A stretch of 63,952 bases of DNA, filler included, from Reclinomonas americana ATCC 50394 (taxonomy: Eukaryota), in the NCBI GenBank assembly GCA_048213135.1. It is 13 parts of 13 records of this genome, joined end to end, with 100 filler letters (N's around TTAATTAATTAA, not from the genome) between each part and the next. Parts side by side here need not be neighbours in the genome. Positions count along the whole stretch, not along the records: positions 25,317 to 32,452 come from AFZH01021665.1; positions 32,553 to 34,112 come from AFZH01021666.1; positions 34,213 to 43,625 come from AFZH01021667.1; 10 more parts are not named here. The stretch is one strand, 5' to 3'. Shown here piece by piece: positions 26,101 through 38,892 of this stretch (position 1 is the first letter of the stretch; each line of letters opens with the position of its first letter). The notes under the pieces were generated by a model, which worked only from the letters and a program-made list of their open reading frames with translations, was not told the origin of the DNA and searched no databases. Position numbers and translations under genes: made by a program.

Positions 26101-29100
26101 AAGGTGAAGGGGGGAGAGCAAAAGCGGTAAAGGCAGGGAAGGGAGTGAGAAAGCGAGAAGGGGGGAGGGCAAAGGGGGAAGGCAAAGTAGGGTGAAGGGC
26201 AAAATTAGTGGAAATATGGGGACATAAAATAGTGAGAAAAGAAACAGAGACAGAAGTGAGAAGACAGGAGTGAAAAAGGAATTGAAAGAAGCAAGAGAGA
26301 AATCGCAGAAAGCAGCGAAACAATCAGTGAGACAAGCAAGAAAGAAAACAGTGACCAAAGCAAAGCAGTCACAGCGCAGAGCAAGACAAAATCAAATTAG
26401 AGAAAGACACTATCACAGCGACAGGGCGAGCCCTCTCCTTGTCCACCAACAAACCTCATCATGCTCCGTGTTCGCCAGCTGCCCAAACTGATTCGACCCG
26501 CACGCGAATACGTTGGGTGGCACTACACGCAAGTATCGAATCAGACACCCACCCCACACAACTCAAACGTACTCACAGACGCGCAACATTTCAGCGGCAA
26601 TCCCGACAGCGCGAGCGACATTTGCGCACCGGCCGCCAGCGCCGCCACCGGCTTCTTCTCCAGACCGAGCACTCGCTGCGGCACCGGACTAATCTCCAGT
26701 CTCTCCAAGCCCGTCTGTCCGACGCTGCCGTCGCCCCACGCATACAGCAGACCCTTGTCTGTGCGCGCAATGGCGTGCTGGTAGCCGCACGCCACGTCGA
26801 CAAACATGACCTTGCCGGCGGTGCTCTGTACCAGCGTCGGTGTGTCGACGACGGCGGTGAGCTGGCCGAGACCGCATTCGCCGTGCGAGTTGCGGCCCCA
26901 GGTGTACAACTTGCCCGTGTCTGCGAAGGGGGAGGAAAGAAGGGGAAGGAATGAAGGAGGAGGGGAGAGAGGGATATGAGGAAAAGGGAAGGGGGAGGGG
27001 ACGCAGGGGAAGGAGGAGGAAAACGAGGCAAGCAGGATTGGGATAGGGGATGTAGGAGAGAGAGAGAGAGAGACTGCCAAGCAGGGGAAGGGATGCAGGG
27101 AGAGACAGAGAGGGAGAGAGAGATAGAGACTGTCAAGCAGGGGAAGGGATGCAGGAGGAGACAGAGAGGGAGAGAGAATAGAGACTGCCAAGCAGGGGGA
27201 AGGGAAGTATGGAGCGATGTAGAGAGCGAGAGAGTGGGAGAGAGACTGACTGCCAAGAAGGGGAATGGATGCAGAGAGGGACAGAGAGGGAGAGAGAGAC
27301 TGACTGCCAAGAAGGGGAATGGATGCAGAGAGGGACAGAGAGGGAGAGAGAGACTGACTGCCAAGAAGGGGAACGGATGCAGAGAGGGACAGAGAGGGAG
27401 AGAGGGAGAGAGACTGACAGGGGAAGGGGCGTTGGGAGAGATGCAAGAAGAGAGTGGAAAATGGCGAAAGCTGAAGGCTGCACGCACCTGTGACCGCCAC
27501 GCTAAAGGCGTCGCCGGTGGCAATACGGACGATGAACACATCGGACGGCAACCGAACTTGCTTGGGAAAGAAGGCGATACCAAAGGCGCTGTGACCGAGG
27601 CGCCCGTCGTCACCGCTCCCCCTGTTGGAGGAAATGGAACGTGAGGACATGGTGCAACAGAGATACACTCCGTCTTCATGCACTCACCATGAGTACACTT
27701 CGCCGAGAAATGTGAGTGCCATGGTGTGGGATTCGCCACACTCGACTTGCGCCACTGGCTTGCCGACGAGGAACTCGACAAGGCGCGGTCCGAGTTGGTC
27801 ATTCGTGTCACCAATGCCTGCGTCGCCAAGTCAGGGTCGCATCACATTGAGGCGATGGATGACGCGACTCACCAAGCTGGCCATACTTGCCCCAGCCCCA
27901 GGAGTAGACCTGTCCCTCGTCTGCATACAATAGAGATCAGTTATGTGAAACTAGAGATCAGTTATGTGAAACTAATAAATGAAGCAAATGTAAACACAGC
28001 GAGGAAGACTGGTGTGAAGGTGACAGGCAGGTATCTATTGTGTACGCTCGTCTGATTATTGTGCTGCATGCATTAGCCTAATGGGTGTACGGCGTGGTTG
28101 GCTCAGTAGGTGCTGAATGCTGCACCTCTGTGTCGTGAGTGTCGTTTCTGTGTTGTGCTGATGTGCATCGTCTCACGGTGCTGAGCGAGCTTGTCTCCTT
28201 ATTGTGCAGAGCGTGCGCTCATCTCTCATTCAGCTGTGCGTCTTTGTCTCTTTATCCCATTGTGCACTTGTCTCTTTCTTGTGCGGTGTGCATTCGTCTC
28301 ACTAGACTGAGTGCGTTCTGCGCATAGTCTGTCTCTTCATGCTGCGCTCGAATCTTACCGCTGCGGAGCGCAATCGTTTCTTCATGCTACAATTTGTGAT
28401 CATCTCTTCGTTCTCAACTGCGTGTTCGTCACTTGATCGCGCAGAATACGTCTTTCCCTTCCCACCTCTCTTCCCCCTCCTCCTCCTTACCCCTCCCCCC
28501 ACCCACCTGTAATGCACGCCGTGTGCCCCGCTCCACACGCAATGTACACCACCGTCGTGTCCTTCAACGCCTCCACACGCCGCGGCAGGTACTGCATGCG
28601 CGTGTCGTGGTGACCGAGCTGCCCCTCACCGCCCTCACCCCACGTGTACACGTAGCCGTCGTCGGTGAGAGCCGCGCTGTGCAGCTCGCCAGCGGCCACC
28701 ATCACAATGTTCTTGCCCTCCAGATACTCAATCTGTGCGGCCTCCGTGACGGACCACCTACGGAAGGGGAGTGAGGAAAGGGAGTGCACGTTTCTCCTTT
28801 CAAACAATAATGCGCAACGTGTGACCGAGTCCCAACTGGCCGTGCTGATTGTCGCCGAGGACGTAGACGTGGCCGCGTTCTGCAGTGATGATGAACAACA
28901 TGTCTCTCTCTCCAACACAGGCTCCACTCTTCTTACGCACCAGTTCGCATGAGCAAGTGACTGCGACCCAGCGCCGCTGTCTCCACCGAGAATCCGCGCA
29001 GCTGATCGACGACTTTCGGCTTGACAACAATCAAATCGTCGAGTGGATGACCGAGAGTGCCGATTTGATTGTCGCCCCACGCGTACACCTTGCCCGGGGC

Positions 29101-30475
29101 GGCTGTGCAGGTGGTGTCAGAAAAAAACGATGGGCGTGGACTGACGAATTCGTGATCGCGCACCATCCAGCAACTGCGCCGCATCGATCAACCCTTTGCG
29201 CAGCATGTTGGTGAACGAGGAGATCATTGGTCCACCTGTGTCCTGCGCCAGGGCGGCCTCCGCCGGCAGCGCAAACCGACGGAAGCCGCGATTCACCATG
29301 GCGGCGCGATCGGCCACTCGACCGACCTGACAAAAGTGTGTGTGAGTGACGAAGAAAGAAGGGCGTGTCAGTAAGAGACGGTGACGAATACCGTGGTGGG
29401 TGTCGCGAGTCCGCCACTGGACATGGAGGGCGCGACTGTGCCCGCCATTGAACCGGTGGGGGTGCTGGGGGCGATCATGGAGCGGACGACGGAGCGCGCG
29501 GTGTCCTTGACGGCATAGCCTGCACGATGGGGAAGGGGTGAGGGAGGAAGAGAGGGAAGAGAGGAAAAGAGGGAGAAGGGAGGAAAAGATGGGAAGGGAG
29601 GGAAGGGGGGAGGAAAGGGAGAGGAATGGAAGTGGAAAAGAGAGGGAGAAGAGCGAGTGAGACGAGCAGTGAGGAGTGAGACGAGCAGTGAGAGAGAGAC
29701 GAGCAGTGAACGAGGGAGACGAGCAGTGAGCGAGTGAGACGAGCAGTGCGCGAGGGAGACGAGTAGTGAGCGAGTGAGACGAGTAGTGAGCGAGTGAGAT
29801 GAGCAGTGAGCGAGAGAGACGAGCAGTGAGCGAGTGAGATGAGCAGTGAGCGAGTGAGCCGAGCAGTGAGCGAGTGAGATGAGCAGTGAGCGAGTGAGCC
29901 GAGCAGTGAGTGAGTGAGACGAGCAGTGAGTGAGTGAGACGAGCAGTGAGTGAGGGAGAGACGAGCAGTGAGTGAGTGAGACGAGCAGTGAGTGAGTGAG
30001 ACGAGCAGTGAGTGAGGGAGAGACGAGCAGTGAGTGAGTGAGACGAGCAGTGAGTGAGGGAGAGACGAGCAGTGAGCGAGTGAGACGAGCAGCGGGTGAG
30101 GCGAGCAGCGAGCGAGTGAAATCAGCAGTGAGCGAGTGAGACAAGGAGTGAGCCGAGCAGTGAGCGAGCGAGTCGAACAGCAAGCGAGTCAGCACCGTTC
30201 TTTCTCTCTCTCTTCCACTTCCTTCACTCTGTCCCTCTCTCATGCCTCCTGCTCTCTGTCCCTCGCTCACTGCTCGTCTCACTCGCTCACTGCGCGTCTT
30301 ACTTGCTCACTGCTCGCCTCACTCGCTCACTGCTCGTCTGACTCACTCACTGCTCGCCTCACTCGCTCACTGCTCGTCTCCCTCGCTTCCTGCTCGCCTC
30401 ACTCGCTCACTGCTCGTCTCCCTCGCTTCCTGCTCGTCTCCCTCGCTCACTGCTCGTTTCATTCGCTTGCTGCTC

Positions 30476-30515
<40 letters not shown>

Positions 30516-30792
30516 CTCATCACCTCTGCCCACATTTTCCCAGTTCTTCCGTCTCTCATCCTCTCTCCCCTCCCCTCCTCCCTCCTCCTCCTCCTCTCTC
30601 TCTCCCCCCCTCTCTCCCTCCCCTCTCTCCCTCACACACACACGCACCACTCGCCGCCTTCATCAATCTCCCGGCGGCGGGAGAAAGCATATCGGACCTC
30701 GATCGCGACGAATTCAACGGCGACGACGGCGACCGCGAGTGCGACCGCGATGGACTGTCACCACCATCATCGTCACTGCGATGTGACTGCAT
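21073..30792 (-). CDS. RCC1/BLIP-II repeat protein (~12 or more blades) with C-terminal coiled coil and low-complexity tail; more than 20 exons
   Basis: Repeated VY(A/S/T)WGxxxxGQLGxG...P..V..L......VACG..H motifs. ATG at 30792 (MQSHRSDD). Splicing is frame-consistent through the coiled coil to the last exon (21839-21073), with matching phase across the gap at 23008. Confidence 0.88.
21953..22070. repeat. Intronic tandem repeat (GAGAGCGAGAGACAAG)n
   Basis: About 7 near-perfect 16-bp units. Confidence 0.85.
22243..22485. repeat. Intronic ~40-bp tandem repeat (CTCACTCATCAAGAAAGAGAAGAAAGAAAATCAGTCTCT)
   Basis: About 6 degenerate copies. Confidence 0.85.
29650..30480. repeat. Two inverted blocks of a 20-bp minisatellite (GAGCAGTGAGCGAGTGAGAC)n / (GTCTCACTCGCTCACTGCTC)n in intron 1 of the RCC1 gene
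   Basis: 29650-30180 and 30260-30480 are reverse complements of the same unit. The same unit recurs at ~58310-58400. Confidence 0.88.
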
Positions 30793-30977
30793 GACCGCAA
30801 GACAATGAGAAGAGAGAGAAAGAGAAAGGGAAAACTGCCAATGAACGTCGCGTGTCCTGCTCGTTCATAAAATACTGGAGGAGAAGGAATGGCTCGTGTT
30901 GACGTCGCCAATGTCATTGAATGTAGCAGTGGCGAATAGAGGAAACAATTGGAAAGCAATGCTCGTGTCAGATCAGA

Positions 30978-31921
30978 TTGATTGACTTTTGCCTCCTGAT
31001 TTCCAATTCGATCGGAAATATGCACAGAAAGACGACGTGACGAGTCGGCACAACAGAGTGGCACCGATCCTGCACGAGGAAATCATAGACTCGAGCGTGC
31101 ACAGAGAGGCAGTCTTCTACACTGAGAAGGTCCCACAGAATTTGTTGGCAGCAGGAGAAGACCAGTTAACGTTGGCACAGTCGAATTCGAAACCAGACAT
31201 TGTGGGTCGTACGACTGGACCTGCTCGAGTCACCGACAACAACAACAACAACTTTACTAATCCAAACAGCAACACAGCTGAATGATGATCACCATCTTGA
31301 GTGAGCACCAGAAACTCAGACATCACGAAAAAAAGCGAGAAAAAGTCGAGATGGCTAATGCTGCCGTTTCTGCAAGAGAAACCACGCGTACGCAGGTGCC
31401 GATGCACATGTGACGAAGGTGCTGATTGTGGAGCTCACCGTGGCGTACCCCAAGGACGAGGAGGCACTGCGGAAGGCATAGTACGACCGCAAGTTGGCGA
31501 AGTATGCCGAGCTGGCCACGGTGGAGAAGATCGGAACGAACACTGGAGCGGTGGTTACGTACGTGCCGATTGTTTTCACCCAAGTTGGATCGTGCGCGCA
31601 GACTACCCGGGCGTCGCTGAAGAAGATGGGCATTGAGGGCGGCCAACTGCGCCGAGTGGTGGACAGATGCTGCGTGGAGATCCTGCGGGCGGACTATGCG
31701 GTGTTCGAATTCGCTTTCCGCTGTACTGGTGGCAATCAGGCTCAAGCATACAACCCCCCACCCGCAGCAGCTGCGCCGCAGCCTCAAGGCAACTAGATCC
31801 ATCGCGTCGCTACTGCAGCATCCAGCTTCAACGAGTTCAGCGTCTACGTAGGCCGCTGACACTATTTGCGCCACGAAATCCTTTCGAGGCCAATACGCGT
31901 TTGATTGGCTTTGCCTCCTGA
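30978..31921 (+). mobile_element. 5'-truncated, decayed non-LTR retrotransposon fragment encoding a restriction-like endonuclease (RLE clade), with flanking direct repeats
   Basis: Ordered RLE motifs RHNRV, KPDIV, IVELTV, RKLAKY and PIVFTQVG...LKKMGI. In-frame TAG at 31479-31481. Direct repeats TTGATTGACTTTTGCCTCCTGA (30978-30999) and TTGATTGGCTTTGCCTCCTGA (31901-31921). Confidence 0.8.
31237..31386. repeat. 150-bp dispersed repeat, copy B, nested in the RLE coding sequence
   Basis: ~94% identical to 7330-7479. Lies between the KPDIV and ELTV motifs. Confidence 0.9.
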
Positions 31922-32239
31922 AAGGGAAGATGACTGTTGGAGAAGTAATTATGTGTTTGTATATTGTTGGTGTGCCAAGGTCATTGTCGGCAAGGGATTT
32001 GTGGGCGTTTGTCGACGTCGCGATCGCATTATTGCGAGGATGTGGTTTTGTTGTGATTGCGAGAGAATTAGCGCGAATAAACACACGTGCGATGGCGCTT
32101 TATCGTCACCGTTGTTCTCATACTCCTCCTTCTTCTTTCCCTGCGTCTGCCTTGCTTTCATTCTTCCGCTCGAGTCGACGTACGTCGTGTCCGCCGGCAT
32201 ATTCCGATATTCCCGCGCGCTTTTTTGTTGTTTTCTGCA

Positions 32240-34608
<2,369 letters not shown>

Positions 34609-34655
34609 AAACGTCGTATCGCAGCGACAGACAGATCTTTCAGGACGAAAACGCG

Positions 34656-34918
34656 ATGCTGTTGTCGCCAGGATGCGTTGACGACATGCTCAGTGACGGT
34701 GGCAAGCTCGAGCCGCTTGACTCGCACAGCTGCGTCCACACACGCGAGAGTGAGCACATCAAAGAGCATGAGAATGCTCATCGGAACATGCAGTGCACGA
34801 AAGCATCGATGAAGACGACGACTCTCAAAGTGCAAGCGATCCTCCGCGGTCTCTGGTTGCACTGGCAGTGCAGTGGGTCGCACAGAACATGGCCTGTGCG
34901 TCCTCTTGTCTCTCATTC

Positions 34919-34949
<31 letters not shown>

Positions 34950-37900
34950 ACTCGTCGTGCAGTCTTTGAATCAGCAGAGCACTTGCTGCACGACGTGCCC
35001 TTCTCGCTTCTCCTGCTGATTTTCGAGCGTGTGAGCGATCCGTGGTTGGTGGAGACGATTGAGAGGAGGCAGTCTGTGGTGTTTGGATCGGCGACCGACC
35101 ATGTGTGGATGCGCTTGTGTCGGGTGCATTTTCCGACGCAGCTGGGTGAGTGGCCTTCGTTGGGTGACTGGGAGGGGAAGGGTGAACGGAGGTGGATGGA
35201 GCAGTGGCCCTCTTGCTTATTTGCTCTTGTCGCTGCCCTTGTGGTTTCCTTGCTCGTCGCTCCCTTGCTCGTCGCGTCTCCCTAGCTTGTCGCTTCCTTG
35301 CTCTCTTGCTCGTCGCTCGCTTGCTCGTCGCTCGCTTGCTCGTCGCTCGCTTGCTCGTCGCTCGCTTGCTCGTCGCTGCGTTTGCTCGTCGCTCGCTTGC
35401 TCGTCGCTGCGTTTGCTCGTCGCTCGCTTGCTCGTCGCTGCGTTTGCTCGTCGCTCCCTTGCTCGTCGCTGCGTTTGCTCGTCGCTCCCTTGCTCGTCGC
35501 TGCGTTTGCTCGTCGCTCCCTTGCTCGTCACTCGCTTGCTCGTCGCTCCCTTGCTCGTCGCTGCGTTTGCTCGTCACTCGCTTGCTCGTCACTCGCTTGC
35601 TCGTCACTCGCTTGCTCGTCACTCGCTTGCTCGTCACTCGCTTGCACGTCACTCGCTTGCACGTCACTCGCTTGCACGTCACTCGCTTGCACGTCACTCG
35701 CTTGCACGTCACTCGCTTGCACGTCACTCGCTTGCTCGTCACTCGCTTGCTCGTCGCTCGCTTGCTCGTCGCTGCTCGTCGCTCGCTTGCTCGTCGCTGC
35801 TCGTCGCTCGCTTGCTCGTCGCTGCTCGTCGCTCGCTTGCTCGTCGCTGCTCGTCGCTCGCTTGCTCGTCGCTGCTCGTCGCTCGCTTGCTCGTCGCTCG
35901 CTTGCTCGTCGCTCCCTTGCTCGTCGCGTCTCCCTTGCTCGTCGCTCCCTTGCTCGTCTCTCCCTTGCTCGTCGCTTGCATGATCATCACTTGTTCGTTT
36001 GTCCCTTGCAATTGCATGCTCATCACTTGTTTGTTTGTCGCTCCTCGTCGCTCCCTTGCTCGTCGCTCCCTTGCTTGCTTGTCGCTTCCTTGCTCGTCGC
36101 TTCCATACTCGTCGCTTTCCTTGCTTGTCATTCCCCTTTCATCCCTTCCCTTCTTCTCCCTTCTTCTCCCTTCCCCTCCCTTCTCCTTCCTTCTCCTCCC
36201 TTCTCCTCCCTTCTCCTCCATTCTCCTATTCCGCAGCCTCCCATCGCGCCACCATCCGCTCCTTCCGCTCCGCCTTTTGGGAATGGCACACGCAGTCGTG
36301 CTTGCAACAGGCTGCCGAGGTGGTGGCGCAGCATGTCGCCACGTTTGCCACCCATCGGAGTCCGTTTTCGCTGCACTTTGGAGACATTGCTGTGGACTGC
36401 GGTGGCCGAGCCCCAGACCGCACACTGCTCGACGCGCTCACTCATCACGCCACACACATTCGTCACTTGATGCTGCATCAGTCGCTGTGCACTGGCGTGG
36501 ATTTGGTGGTGCGTGGATCTCTGTCAGATGATGAGACGACAGCGTGCTGACTTATTTCATACAGGAGTCGATTGCCGCGTTGCCGCAACTGGAACACGTG
36601 CAGTTCTCGCACTTGTCGGTTCGCGGGGTGCGTGACAGCCCTGTGCATCTCTCTTTCCATCCGGTTTTTTGCACCTGAAAGTGACATGCAGGTCGCTGTG
36701 GCCGCTCGCATTCTGGAGTCTGTCAAGTGCGTTCGCTCAATGAGCCTGCGGTTCGCCTCCCTCGATTCGTCGTCGCTGGCAATGCTGGTGCACGCAGCGA
36801 CGCAACAGCCGCATACTGTGGAAGCAACTGCGAGTGTGGAGAGGTGCGTGACTCTTCTCCGTACCTCGCTCTTCGCCCCTCTTCTCAATCTCGGACTCCC
36901 AGCTGTGCCGCCGACTCGGACGACTTTGACCTGTATGCCGATGTGCACGTGCCGGTGGCACTCCGTGAACCATCCTCGCGAGCCTCGCAACTGCGCCGCC
37001 TGTCGTTGTACGCGGTGCTGCTGTCGTCAGAGGCAGTGTCGGCGCTTGCTCACGCCCTCCGTGAGCTGCCGCCGAACCAGCTGACGGCACTCGAACTCAC
37101 CAACAATCGGCTGCGAGACGGACAGACCGCTGTGTTTTTGCAAGCCGTCGCCCATCAACTCGCAGCCGTGCGCACACTGGTGCTGGCCGAAAACAGTCTC
37201 GGTGCGCGGACTGGCCGTCAAGTGGCCACCATGGTAGCTTCGCTGCAGCGGCTTGATCTGTCATTCAACGGGCTGCGCGGTGACGATCTGCAACCGCTCC
37301 TGCAGGCACTGGTGCAGAGCACCTCGCCACCACAATTGATGCACCTGAGGCTACGTGGAAACATGCTGTGTGACACCACGTGCGATCAGCTGGCTCTCTA
37401 CCTGCAGTCGCCCTCGTGTTCGTGCGGTGTGCTGGATGTGGCCGAGTGCGACATGTCGCCTGCCGGGGTGGCGTCGGTTCTTCGTGCCGCCTCCACGTCG
37501 GTGTCGTTGTGCACGCTGATTCTGGATGGGTGCGCTCTTGCAAGGTGTCTTGTCTATTCTACACGGTGTTGTGTGTGATTCACTGCGTGTGCTCTCAGCA
37601 ACTACGCCGGGCGGCACTTTGCCGAGGTGCTTGCGGAGACGCTGGCCAACAACGCGTCACTGACGACACTCTCGCTGTGCCAAGTCGGGCTGCAGCATGT
37701 GCAGGCGGCGCAGGTCGCTTCGTTGACGCGTGCGTTCCGCGGCAGTCGCCCGTTGATGGAGCTGCGATTGGATAGCAATCGGCTGGACGCCCGTGCTGCC
37801 GCGCTGCTGCTCGCATGTGTGGCCGCCGAGGGAGAGGGCTTGTGCCTGCTTTCATTGAGGAACAATTCTATTGATGCGGCCGTGCTGCTGCAGGAGAGTG

Positions 37901-38645
37901 AGAGGTGGTGGCCGGTGGATGCGGGGAGGCGGGGGCGGGTGGATGTCCTGGATTTGACGGGGTACGTTTGGGGGAAGGGAAAGAGGGAAAGAGGGGAAGA
38001 GGGAAAGAGGGAAAAGGGGGAAGAGGGGAAGAGGAAAAGAGGGAACGAGGAGAAGAGGAGAAGAGGAGAAGAGGAGAAGAGGAGAAGAGGATGACAGGGG
38101 AAGAGGAGAAGAGGAGAAGAGGAGAAGAGGAGAAGAAGGGAAGAGGGGAAGGAGGGGAAGGAGGGGAGGGAGGAACGGGGAGAAGAGGAGAAGAGGAGAA
38201 GAGGGGAAGAGGAGAAGAGGATGACAGGGGAAGAGGAGAAGAGGATGAGAGGGGAAGAGGGGAAGAGGGGAAGAGGGGGTAGGGGAGAGAAAGATGGACA
38301 AAGCTGAATGGAGGAGAAAGGAGAGGAATGGAGAGGAATGGAGAGGAATGGAGAGGAATGGAGAGGAATGGAGAGGAATGGAGAGGAATGGAGAGGAATG
38401 GAGAGGAACAGAGAGGAATGGAGAGGAATGGAGAGGCAAAGGAGGGGAGAGGGAAGAGGAATTGGAAGGGGAAGGGGGATGGACAGAGGAGGACTGGATC
38501 TGAGGAGCAAAACAGCAACAAATGCACGGGTACAGTAGCCACTGTCGAAGAGAAAGTAGAAGAAGTCACTGTGCTAGCGTTTGAGGCAGTGAGTGTGCTT
38601 GCCGTTGTTCGGAAGCAAGTGCGAGAAGGTGACCGTCAATTCTAG
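34656..38645 (+). CDS. Elongin-A-box (BC-box/cullin-box-like) plus RNI-like leucine-rich-repeat protein, LRRC41/MUF1-like architecture; ends approximate
   Basis: Spliced PRSLVALAVQWVAQNM..LHDVPFSLLLLIF..IE..TDHVWMRLCRVHFP matches the Elongin A domain pattern, followed by LxxLxLxxN repeats (LTALELTNNRL, LQRLDLSFNGL, LMHLRLRGNML). Confidence 0.7.
35245..36115. repeat. Intronic 15-bp minisatellite (CTCGCTTGCTCGTCR)n
   Basis: Dozens of tandem units within the intron 35146-36236. Confidence 0.9.
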
Positions 38646-38892
38646 CGAAGGCTGAGACAGCGTCGTTGAACATGCTCCTCCTTTCCTCTTCGTCTCACCA
38701 TCCGCGTTCACCATAAACTGCAGTTGTTTACTGCCCACCAACGTCGACACGGACGTCGACGGTGTGATGATGGCGGTCCACCAGGCATGCTTGCGAGTGG
38801 CTCGCAAGGTGCGACTCGGGGTTCCAGTCGCCGCCGATGCTCACATGTTGGACGTGTTGCGACCGGATACGCCACCCGGGTCGGTGACGTGA

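Noticed and set aside
31479..31481. In-frame TAG as evidence of stop-codon reassignment
   Set aside because: It lies in a decayed transposon. Host exons show no internal TAG, and genes end normally in TAA or TGA.
31796..31900. Hammerhead or HDV-like ribozyme in the retroelement 3' region
   Set aside because: Hairpins are present, but the conserved CTGANGA/GAAA core arrangement is not.
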